Virus record (IMG/VR): IMGVR_UViG_3300044475_000063
Coordinates: 34,392 to 98,391 of that record
Strand: one strand, 5' to 3'
Length of the DNA stretch: 64,000 nucleotides
Source of the DNA: a virus
A program made the translations under genes and the position numbers. Positions 1 to 7,118 of this stretch are shown piece by piece. Each line of letters begins with the position of its first letter. The stretch's first letter is position 1. The notes under the pieces were generated by a model. That model was not told the origin of the DNA. It made no database searches and saw nothing but the letters and a program-made list of their open reading frames with translations.

Positions 1-56
1 TGAATACACTATCTAACCCACCCAGCGCCTTCGGGCGCTACCTGAAAGGATGAATC

Positions 57-266
57 ATGTTTGATGATTACGAAGACGAGCCAGAAGCAAAGCGTATTTT
101 TGATATGGCCGATCAGTTGGATGATCGATTGGATGATTATGCGCTTGAGCGCTGCAAATCGTCGGAGCACGTTATACGCGGTGGCAATCATGGGCGCGTG
201 TACACCTTTCACGATGGGAGCAAACTGACCACGGCTGAAACTGGCTATGTTGGTTGCGAATACTGA
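57..266 (+). CDS. hypothetical acidic protein (69 aa)
   Basis: ORF behind an AAGGA RBS. Homologous reading frame at 50205..50414. Confidence 0.5.
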   Translation: MFDDYEDEPEAKRIFDMADQLDDRLDDYALERCKSSEHVIRGGNHGRVYTFHDGSKLTTAETGYVGCEY

Positions 267-340
267 TTGACCGGCCCGCTAGACGGGCCTAAGCCACTAG
301 AACCTAGCGCAATGGTGCGCTGGTATATTAAGGAGGAAGT

Positions 341-529
341 ATGGATTGGCAGCCTATTGAAGTTTATGACGCGCTCAAAGTTAAGCCAAAAATGGCGGTG
401 TTTCGATTTGAACCAGTTCCAAGCAAAAATGGTCGGGGCTTGTCTTTGCCGGAGCATTTTGAAATGAAAAGGACTTTCGGCTCTCGTGTCTGCACCCATT
501 TCGTTGAGCTTCCACAGATTCAAAAATAG
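341..529 (+). CDS. hypothetical protein (62 aa)
   Basis: Strong RBS AAGGAGGAAGT before the ATG. Unit 2 has an unrelated ORF (50489..50779) behind the same RBS. Confidence 0.5.
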   Translation: MDWQPIEVYDALKVKPKMAVFRFEPVPSKNGRGLSLPEHFEMKRTFGSRVCTHFVELPQIQK

Positions 530-580
530 CACCTAGCAACCAGCAGTAGAATAAACCAAGTTCACTAAGCGGAGGCTGTC

Positions 581-769
581 ATGATTAGTATCGGTCAGAT
601 GGTGCGTGTTCTGAATTCGGATAATGTGTGTCGTCTTGAATCATGGGAGCGCGATGCTATCCATATGATTCATTCTAAGTCTGTAAATGGGCTGCGGCAG
701 AATCTGCTAGACCTCCGCGAGTGCCAACTTATCATCACTATTTTTAACAGGGTATATCAAAATGCGTAA
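581..769 (+). CDS. hypothetical protein (62 aa)
   Basis: GGAGG RBS. Conserved homolog at 51007..51195, including the shared C-terminal ITIFNRVYQNA. Confidence 0.6.
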   Translation: MISIGQMVRVLNSDNVCRLESWERDAIHMIHSKSVNGLRQNLLDLRECQLIITIFNRVYQNA

Positions 770-860
770 ATTGAATTGGGGATTAATCATCGCGCTTCTC
801 ACTTGCGTGATTATCTGGACTGCTTTTGGCGTGCGTATGTACAGGTACTATCATGGCTAA
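762..860 (+). CDS. 32-aa single-pass membrane micropeptide (MRKLNWGLIIALLTCVIIWTAFGVRMYRYYHG)
   Basis: Below the ORF-track size cutoff. It overlaps the stop of the upstream gene and the start of the downstream gene. Conserved at 51188..51286. Confidence 0.4.
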   Translation: MRKLNWGLIIALLTCVIIWTAFGVRMYRYYHG

Positions 861-1062
861 GATCGGACGACCATCGCACCTTGAAGCAGTAGCTTCTGCG
901 CTTCCTGGCACTCGCAACCAGATCGCCAAGCGAGTAGGAATCAGCGCAGCTTGTGTAGGCCGCTTGCTGCGCGTTCTGGAAGCGAATCGGGCGGTTTATG
1001 TGGTTACGCATGCCGTTCCGAAATGCGGTCCTAAAATGCCTGTATTCGCTTTGAGGCGCTAA
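853..1062 (+). CDS. winged-helix/HTH DNA-binding protein (69 aa from MAKIGRP)
   Basis: The segment NQIAKRVGISAACVGRLLRVLE looks like an HTH. Homolog at 51484..51705. Confidence 0.6.
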   Translation: MAKIGRPSHLEAVASALPGTRNQIAKRVGISAACVGRLLRVLEANRAVYVVTHAVPKCGPKMPVFALRR

Positions 1063-1452
1063 ATGGACCGCGTTGAAATGATCCTCAAGGCCATGCCAGC
1101 AACGCGCCTTGAGATTCAGCTACAAACGCGCATGGGCAAAAGCACGGTGCAGCATATCATTGAGCGATTGCATGAGCGCGGTTGGATTCACATCAGCGGC
1201 TGGGAGCGTATCCTCAAGAACGGAACGGGCAAGTTCGTCATGCGATATAAAGCAGGTCAAGGCACTGACAAGCCCTGCAAGCTGGAACCAATGCCCCGCG
1301 CCGAGCTTGAAAAGCGCCGCCGCAAAAAGCTTCTCAAGACCGGCGAAATAGAAGAACGCAACAAGCGCAACCTCATGCGGTACTACGAGAAGCGAGCAAA
1401 GGAAAAATCCAAGGCAAAGCCTCAAACGTGGCTTTCTGCGCTTGGTGTGTGA
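1063..1452 (+). CDS. winged-helix DNA-binding protein with a basic K/R-rich tail
   Basis: The segment LEIQLQTRMGKSTVQHIIERLHERGWI looks like a wHTH. Homolog at 51698..52111. Confidence 0.6.
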   Translation: MDRVEMILKAMPATRLEIQLQTRMGKSTVQHIIERLHERGWIHISGWERILKNGTGKFVMRYKAGQGTDKPCKLEPMPRAELEKRRRKKLLKTGEIEERNKRNLMRYYEKRAKEKSKAKPQTWLSALGV

Positions 1453-1460
1453 AAAACCTC

Positions 1461-1489
1461 TTGCAATTGGGTTTTTGCTGACCTAGAAT
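1461..1489 (+). promoter_or_regulatory. sigma70-like promoter (TTGCAA-17 nt-TAGAAT)
   Basis: -35 TTGCAA at 1461..1466, exact 17-nt spacer, -10 TAGAAT at 1484..1489. Lies directly after the stop of 1063..1452. Confidence 0.4.
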
Positions 1490-1512
1490 TCTAACTGTCA
1501 ACGCCTGCCAGC

Positions 1513-1657
1513 GAAGACGAAAAAGAAAATGACTCTGTAGCAGCCCCAAGGTTTTTTGGTGGATCGCAAAATGGAGTGTGGACGTAACAGAGTCCGTTCA
1601 CACTTCAGGTTGGCAGACCCGATCCACCAAAGCATCTTGGGGCTTTTTTTCGTCTGC
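1513..1657 (+). ncRNA. candidate ~150-nt small RNA: long compound hairpin ending in a T7 tract
   Basis: GCCCCAAG (1543..1550) pairs with CTTGGGGC (1636..1643). TTTGGTGGATC (1555..1565) pairs with GATCCACCAAA (1621..1631). AGACGAAAAAG (1515..1525) pairs with the T-tract region 1643..1655. The candidate promoter lies just upstream. Confidence 0.35.
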
Positions 1658-1880
1658 ACTGTCTGAATTGACTAGCCTATCGTCGGGAACGAAAGCAACA
1701 GGGCGATAGCGTGAATACTGGAACTGTGGCAAAGCAAGGGAAGCACCAGAATGAGGCGTCGAAGATAGCACCTCACTTGCGCAAGGCTGTCGGGTCAGCG
1801 ATTCCTCAATGGATACGTTGTGATGGGCCTTAGCTAAGTCTAGGTCCGCTCAAACCTCTTGGATAATACGAAAGATAAGA

Positions 1881-2579
1881 ATGAACCTGATGCTTGTAAA
1901 TACTAAAGAACAGACCATGACAAGCAAGGAAATGGCTGAGCTTACAGAAAAGCGCCATGACAGCGTCAAACGGACCATTGAAAACCTTGCTTCTACTGGC
2001 GTGATCGGCCAACCACAAATTGTGGATGGAGAAAAAGCAGGCAACAACGTTGTTGAAAAGCTATATTTGTTTGGGAAGCGTGACAGCTATGTGATCGTTG
2101 CCCAGCTTTCGCCGCTGTTCACTGCCCGACTTGTAGACCGCTGGCAAGAGTTGGAATCCCGAGAATCCTCGGTAGATGGCTTTGAGATTCCCAAGACTTT
2201 TGCAGAGGCATTGCGGCTTGCTGCTGACCAGCAAGAGACGATTGCAAAACAGGCCTTGCAGATTGAGACGAATGCGCCAAAGGTTGCATTTGCCGAAGCA
2301 ATTCGCGCCACTGAGGGCGTTTGCAGCGTTGAGAAGATCGCAAAAACGCTTGGCTGGGGGCGTAACAAGTTTTTCGACAGGCTGCGCACTGATGGCATTC
2401 TGATGGCTAACAACCTGCCATATCAGAAGTACATTGACCGCGAGTATTTCACCGTCATTGAGCAGGAACCATACACGGATAGTAAAGGAGTCGTGCACCC
2501 TACGTTCACGACTCGTGTAACGGGCGCTGGACAGGTGTTCCTTGCCAAAAAGTATGCAAACATCATGGGTGTAGTATGA
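1881..2579 (+). CDS. phage antirepressor (Rha-type N-terminus plus KilAC/ANT-type C-terminus)
   Basis: N-terminal TSKEMAELTEKRHDSVKRTIENL is Rha-like. The central AFAEAIRATEGVCSVEKIAKTLGWGRNKFFDRLRTDGILM is KilAC-like. Confidence 0.7.
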   Translation: MNLMLVNTKEQTMTSKEMAELTEKRHDSVKRTIENLASTGVIGQPQIVDGEKAGNNVVEKLYLFGKRDSYVIVAQLSPLFTARLVDRWQELESRESSVDGFEIPKTFAEALRLAADQQETIAKQALQIETNAPKVAFAEAIRATEGVCSVEKIAKTLGWGRNKFFDRLRTDGILMANNLPYQKYIDREYFTVIEQEPYTDSKGVVHPTFTTRVTGAGQVFLAKKYANIMGVV

Positions 2580-2881
2580 CTACATTGCCTGATTGGATTC
2601 CTGCCGATGCGTGGGCCGGATACGTTGAAATGCGCAAGAAAAAGCGCGCCGTGATGACTGAGCGCGCTACCGAGCTACGCATTAAAGACCTTGCCAAGCT
2701 GCGCGATGCAGGGCAAGACGTAGGCGCGGTCTTAGATCAATCGACTGCGAACGGCTGGACTGATGTGTATCCGGTGAAAGAGCGCCGTGTCGAGCCGCGC
2801 AACCAGTTCGACACTTCGCGCCTTGGAAAGCACGGGCAGGCTACCGCAAATAACGCACTTGATTGGTTGGAGGGGAAATGA
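2576..2881 (+). CDS. hypothetical protein (101 aa)
   Basis: ATGA stop/start overlap with the upstream gene. Lies in the replication module. Confidence 0.5.
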   Translation: MTTLPDWIPADAWAGYVEMRKKKRAVMTERATELRIKDLAKLRDAGQDVGAVLDQSTANGWTDVYPVKERRVEPRNQFDTSRLGKHGQATANNALDWLEGK

Positions 2882-3042
2882 AATACATAATTATTTATAG
2901 CGATGGCTGTTACGAAAAAGCGGGTAGAGGAACTGGTTTTCCCACTACTGAAAAAGATGAGGCAAAAGTTTTTGATTCTGAAGATGATGCTCATGAATAT
3001 TGCGCGTGGTTGATAGAGGCAAAAGTTATTCCGTTGAAATAA
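2878..3042 (+). CDS. hypothetical small protein (54 aa, MKYIIIYSDG...)
   Basis: Not in the ORF track because it is under 60 aa. ATGA overlap with the upstream stop. It exactly fills the gap to 3044. Confidence 0.35.
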   Translation: MKYIIIYSDGCYEKAGRGTGFPTTEKDEAKVFDSEDDAHEYCAWLIEAKVIPLK

Positions 3043-3043
3043 T

Positions 3044-3676
3044 ATGATTGATAATCTAGAAGAAAAGCGCCGCTTCGCCTCGCTCATGACTGCCCTTGCT
3101 GACTATTACGAGAAGTCGCTTTCTAAAGGTGTCCTGTCTCTCTATTGGGAAGGGCTGCGCCAGTATGACTATGAGGCAATCGAAAAGGCCGCATGGGCGC
3201 ATACGCAACTACCAGACGAGGCGGGGCGCTGGATGCCCAAGGTCAGCGACCTAAACAAGATGCTGGCGGGGCGCACCTCTGACCAAGGGCAGAGTGCATG
3301 GAGCAAGGTTGATCGCGCCGTGCGCACCATTGGCCCTTATAGCGACGTTGCTTTTGACGATCCGATTATCCACCGAGTTATTCAGGAAATGGGCGGCTGG
3401 ATTCATCTTTGCGGACAAGACGAGAAACAATGGCCTTTCACAGCAAAAGAATTTGTTACGCGCTACCAGTCATACAAAATGACCGGTGATATTCCAGAAC
3501 ATGCGGGCTATTTGACAGGAATCGCCTCATCGCAAAATGAGCATTCAGGTAATAAACAAAAGCGCGAGATTCATTTAATAGGCGATAAACAAAAAGCAAT
3601 CGAATTAATCCTTGGCGAGAAAAAGAAAGTCGAATCGCTAGGTTTATCAGTTCCAAAAGCAGCAGACGCTATTTAA
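3044..3676 (+). CDS. replication-module protein (function unknown)
   Basis: Positional counterpart of 53557..54204, which follows the replication-initiator-like gene in unit 2; clear similarity is limited to the shared C-terminal VPKAADAI, which also ends 54201..54395. Confidence 0.5.
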   Translation: MIDNLEEKRRFASLMTALADYYEKSLSKGVLSLYWEGLRQYDYEAIEKAAWAHTQLPDEAGRWMPKVSDLNKMLAGRTSDQGQSAWSKVDRAVRTIGPYSDVAFDDPIIHRVIQEMGGWIHLCGQDEKQWPFTAKEFVTRYQSYKMTGDIPEHAGYLTGIASSQNEHSGNKQKREIHLIGDKQKAIELILGEKKKVESLGLSVPKAADAI

Positions 3677-3688
3677 AAGGAGAAGGAA

Positions 3689-3889
3689 GTGAAGAAAAAC
3701 GAATACCCTTATTTGCAAATTATTGTTCACCACGGTCCGACAAATTCAACATCGATAACTGGCGATGAAGGAGTTATTGCTGCTGGGGTTTCATATCTTC
3801 CTCGGTCAATGCAAAACAAACTTAAGGTGGAAACAATCAAGCGCTGGTCACGATTCATTAAAAGCAAATCAAAAGGAGAAGGAAAATGA
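3689..3889 (+). CDS. hypothetical protein (66 aa, GTG start)
   Basis: AAGGAGAAGGAA RBS before the GTG. Confidence 0.4.
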   Translation: MKKNEYPYLQIIVHHGPTNSTSITGDEGVIAAGVSYLPRSMQNKLKVETIKRWSRFIKSKSKGEGK

Positions 3890-4080
3890 AGAAATCTCGT
3901 CTTGCATCAGCAATCAAAGAAGCAAAGCGGTTTTTAGAAATTGCAGAAACCGTAGAAATTGATCCGGACAGCCGTAATGATTACATCTACAGAAGCAAAG
4001 AATCGGCATCTGTTCGCCGCGCTAGTATGGATTTGACTAATGCACTTGTTGAATTGCGTAAAGGAGATTACACAAAATGA
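3886..4080 (+). CDS. hypothetical protein (64 aa)
   Basis: AAGGAGAAGGAAA RBS. Overlapping stop/start. Confidence 0.5.
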   Translation: MKKSRLASAIKEAKRFLEIAETVEIDPDSRNDYIYRSKESASVRRASMDLTNALVELRKGDYTK

Positions 4081-4310
4081 GCAAAGCGAAATTAACCGAC
4101 TGGTTCCCTGCTGATGTTAAGCCGGTGCATGTGGGTGTGTATGAGGTTCTTTATGAGAATGGCTGCTTTGGTAGCCGATATCGATACTGGAATGGCGTTC
4201 GGTTTTGCTATCAATGTATGAATTCTCAGAAAGCTTTTCAAAAAAGGAACAATCACACTGGGCTTGACGCCTTTGTATCTTGGCGCGGCATCGCTGAAAA
4301 ACCAAACTAA
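4077..4310 (+). CDS. hypothetical protein (77 aa, WFPADVKPVHVGVYE motif)
   Basis: Conserved homolog at 54409..54642. Confidence 0.6.
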   Translation: MSKAKLTDWFPADVKPVHVGVYEVLYENGCFGSRYRYWNGVRFCYQCMNSQKAFQKRNNHTGLDAFVSWRGIAEKPN

Positions 4311-4322
4311 AGGAGAATCACA

Positions 4323-4697
4323 ATGTACACTTCTGGCCGACTGATATACCAAGAGGATAGTGATGTATATACGCACATACTTCGTGATGTGACGGGCAAT
4401 CGCATCATACATCAAGGTCCGCAGGATTCTCGCGGTGAGGCTGAGGCAAATGCGCGAAGGCTTGCCGCATGTTGGAACGTTTGCGATGGGCTTGAAACTG
4501 CTGACCTTGAGGTAGGTGCGACGCTTGGAGATATTTGCGCCGATAGAAACGGCCTTGTAATCAAACTAGGTAAAGCGCAAGAAAAACTAGACATGGCCCG
4601 ATCTATGCTGGAAGAGGCTTTAGATACATTTGACGACAACCCAGCAGAGGGCCATGAAATTGCAGACCGTATCCGTAGCTTTTTGGAGGTTAAATGA
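4323..4697 (+). CDS. hypothetical protein (124 aa)
   Basis: AAGGAG RBS. Packed in the operon. Confidence 0.5.
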   Translation: MYTSGRLIYQEDSDVYTHILRDVTGNRIIHQGPQDSRGEAEANARRLAACWNVCDGLETADLEVGATLGDICADRNGLVIKLGKAQEKLDMARSMLEEALDTFDDNPAEGHEIADRIRSFLEVK

Positions 4698-5044
4698 GCA
4701 ATGCAGAACTATTGACTCTGGCAGCTAATGCCGCAGGATTGAAAGTCTTTAGCGTTACTCATCGTGGCATGGGTGGCTACAGTGACGATACTTTGCTCGG
4801 CTTGATTATTGCGGATAGCGTTGGAACTCTATGGAATCCGCTAGAGAATGATTCTCAGGCGCTGCGCTTGGCGGTTGATTTGGGATTGCGATTGACACTG
4901 CCTAAATACAAAGGATTTGGCACGACTGCCGATCATCAGGCGGATGGTATTGCTGGTTGCACGGCTTTCCGAGATGACCCAATGGCGCAGACGCGAGAGG
5001 CTATTGTGCGCGCTGCCGCCGAAAAAGGAAGGGCTATGCAATGA
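4694..5044 (+). CDS. hypothetical protein (116 aa)
   Basis: Overlapping stop/start with both neighbours. Confidence 0.5.
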   Translation: MSNAELLTLAANAAGLKVFSVTHRGMGGYSDDTLLGLIIADSVGTLWNPLENDSQALRLAVDLGLRLTLPKYKGFGTTADHQADGIAGCTAFRDDPMAQTREAIVRAAAEKGRAMQ

Positions 5045-5463
5045 AGGTTAAATCTTCCCGATTAATGGGTGTTAATGATATCGACGATTTGTTCAAGGCC
5101 AAGGCGCGCTTGATGCCTGATGATGTGAGCGAGATTCAGCTTAGGGTGCTTCTGGCGCTCGATTCGGCCAAGCGCTCACGCTGCCCACCAGGCCTCGCAA
5201 ACCTGCTTATCAAGCACATGGTCATGGCTGCTGCAATCGGTAGCCAGATGCGAGACCAAAGCTTCTACAATCTGGCGCAAAGGGCCTATGAGGCGCTTTA
5301 CAACGCTTGCATGCGAGATACGGTGGACCTTGATCTAACAACCGGCGAGTACAGCGTAATCAAGCGAACGATTGCGCTATACTTGAACCATCTGCCTAAA
5401 GTCGAGCGCGGCTTGTTTGAGTTTGCAAGCAATCATGCTCAGAAAGTTTTAGCGCAAGGTTAA
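5041..5463 (+). CDS. hypothetical protein (140 aa)
   Basis: Highly conserved homolog at 54951..55373. Confidence 0.65.
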   Translation: MKVKSSRLMGVNDIDDLFKAKARLMPDDVSEIQLRVLLALDSAKRSRCPPGLANLLIKHMVMAAAIGSQMRDQSFYNLAQRAYEALYNACMRDTVDLDLTTGEYSVIKRTIALYLNHLPKVERGLFEFASNHAQKVLAQG

Positions 5464-5499
5464 AAATAGCGGCTAATTTAATAATTAGCCGCTATTTTT
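5463..5499. terminator. bidirectional intrinsic terminator
   Basis: 13-bp perfect stem ATAGCGGCTAATT/AATTAGCCGCTAT flanked by an A-run and a T-run. Sits between convergent genes. Confidence 0.65.
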
Positions 5500-6009
5500 C
5501 TATATTTCTATATCAGCCCAGCTTTTCCCAAGTTTTATCATGCTTACGGTCGAATGGTGAACATTGAAGAGTTTTCCTAGCTCTTTGTTCGACATTCTAA
5601 TCATAGAGGCTAGCTTTATATATCTAGCCTCTTCTTTGGTTAAGATTGATCTAGGATTCAACTCGCCAAAAATAGGTCGGCATGGCGATCTGCCTTTTGA
5701 AACCATATCATTTGAATTGTCTTGTGCAGTACCAAGAAAAAGATGATTTGGGTTGGTACAGATAGGGTTATCACATTTATGGCATACCATAAAATCACCC
5801 GGCTCTATACCAAAATGCAAAGCATAAGAAATTCTATGCGCGAATACAGATTGTCCGCGCTTGCCAACATGGGCAAGCCTCGCGTATCCCTTTTTGTCTA
5901 CGAAACCATTCCAAGACCAGCAATTGTCTTGCTTGACAACCTTTGACAGGTATCTCTGTTCTATTTTTGACAGAGGATCATTGATAAGAGGTAAAATAAG
6001 AATAGCCAT
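5500..6009 (-). CDS. HNH homing endonuclease (169 aa from MAILIL)
   Basis: The motif CHKCDNPICTNPNHLFLGTAQDNSNDM is an HNH core, and there is a C-terminal HTH-like module. Absent from the equivalent position in unit 2. Confidence 0.8.
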   Translation of the reverse strand: MAILILPLINDPLSKIEQRYLSKVVKQDNCWSWNGFVDKKGYARLAHVGKRGQSVFAHRISYALHFGIEPGDFMVCHKCDNPICTNPNHLFLGTAQDNSNDMVSKGRSPCRPIFGELNPRSILTKEEARYIKLASMIRMSNKELGKLFNVHHSTVSMIKLGKSWADIEI

Positions 6010-6102
6010 GAAGACTCCATGAAAGTCATTTGTGGTTAAAAGCCAACACGTGTGCAACCACTGTTGGCTTTGTCATTCTAACTCAGATACAATGAATTTG
6101 TC

Positions 6103-6178
6103 GCGGGGATAGCTCAGTTGGTAGAGTCTCTGATTTCCAATCAGATTGTCGTCGGTTCAAGCCCGATTCCCCGCTCCA
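6103..6178 (+). tRNA. tRNA-Gly (anticodon UCC), CCA encoded
   Basis: Manual cloverleaf: acceptor GCGGGGA/TCCCCGC, D stem GCTC/GAGT, anticodon stem TCTGA/TCAGA, loop TTTCCAA, T arm GTCGG-TTCAAGC-CCGAT, then T-CCA. Confidence 0.85.
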
Positions 6179-6631
6179 AGAATTAGCGAAGGCAGATAGC
6201 CATGAACAAAAGCGCGTGCGCAAGTAGTCATGCTGGCATACTGGAAGTAGCTAAAGCAAAGCCGCTAATGCGTTATTAGGAATTGCGCCACACAGTTCGG
6301 AAACTGCGGCATGTGGCAAGAATAGTTGGTCCGATACCGCAGGGGCGCTCGGGACAATAAACGCCCCAGCATAAGCGCCGCCCTCCTTTCCCCAGCTATC
6401 GCTAGTGGGCGCAACAAGTAATTAGGCGTGATTATGCAGAGCCAAGTACAAGGGCGCAGAGCGTGGAAGCCGCTAGTTGTTTGTCTCGCAAGAGACGCCA
6501 CATAAAACCAGCCCGTGACGCCCTATTGCAGGGCATATGAGCGAACGAAGTAAGGGCGGCAGTCTTTGCATCTTAGTAGGCCAAGGAAACGTTGGTTGGT
6601 TTTATGTGGTGCAATGCTCGGGGATTTTTTT
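6179..6631 (+). ncRNA. 453-nt ORF-free structured RNA (short form of the late-operon leader RNA)
   Basis: Starts directly after the tRNA CCA and ends in a T7 tract (6625..6631). Multiple helices: 6182..6188/6263..6269, 6287..6317, 6342..6347/6362..6367, a GNRA hairpin at 6483..6496, and 6498..6510/6597..6609. Blocks are conserved with unit 2 but carry 1-nt indels. Confidence 0.55.
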
Positions 6632-6695
6632 GTCTATTGCCTATCTAGAGTAGAATGTCAAGACAGAATTCACCATCACAGATTCAAGGCAAAAC

Positions 6696-7118
6696 ATGGC
6701 ACTTACTCCAAAGCAAGCACTATTCGTCAAAGAATACCTAATCGACCTGAATGCAACTCAGGCCGCGATTCGTGCTGGTTATTCGGAAAAGACGGCTTAC
6801 TCTATTGGTGAAGAAAACCTGAAGAAGCCTGAAATTGCAGAGGCGATTGCCGAGCATCAACAGGCCAAGGCAAAGAAGCTAGATATCACTGTTGATACGA
6901 TACTTGCGGAGCTTGAGGAAGCGCGTCAATTGGCTCTAGAAACTGGTAAGGCTGGCCCAGCAGTTCAGGCTTCGATGGGTAAGGCAAAGATTTTAGGTTT
7001 GGAAAAGCAAGTCATCGATCATACATCTAGCGATGGCACTATGACGCCTAAAGCGCCTATCGTTGTTGACAAGGATACTGCTGCGCAGGTGGCGGCGAAT
7101 ATCAATGGTGGCATCTGA
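6696..7118 (+). CDS. terS: terminase small subunit
   Basis: The N-terminus LTPKQALFVKEYLIDLNATQAAIRAGYSEKTAYSIGEENLKKPEI is a classic Terminase_2/P27-type TerS signature. It lies directly upstream of TerL. Confidence 0.85.
   Translation: MALTPKQALFVKEYLIDLNATQAAIRAGYSEKTAYSIGEENLKKPEIAEAIAEHQQAKAKKLDITVDTILAELEEARQLALETGKAGPAVQASMGKAKILGLEKQVIDHTSSDGTMTPKAPIVVDKDTAAQVAANINGGI

Noticed and set aside
6179-6500. Group I intron interpretation of blocks A/B (TAAGCGCC and GAGCCAAG resemble segments of the Azoarcus tRNA intron)
   Set aside because: The upstream tRNA-Gly is intact and ends in CCA. No split exon halves flank the blocks, and I cannot lay out a P3-P8/P7 core by eye. The idea is left as something for a covariance-model scan to exclude, not as a call.
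6265-6811. ORFs 6265..6501 (-) and 6566..6811 (+), and their unit-2 counterparts 56065..56370, 56888..57143, 57414..57599 and 57537..57743, inside the RNA locus
   Set aside because: They have no RBS and overlap each other on opposite strands. 1-nt indels between the two units break the frames within the conserved blocks. ORF 6566..6811 also runs into the well-supported terS start.
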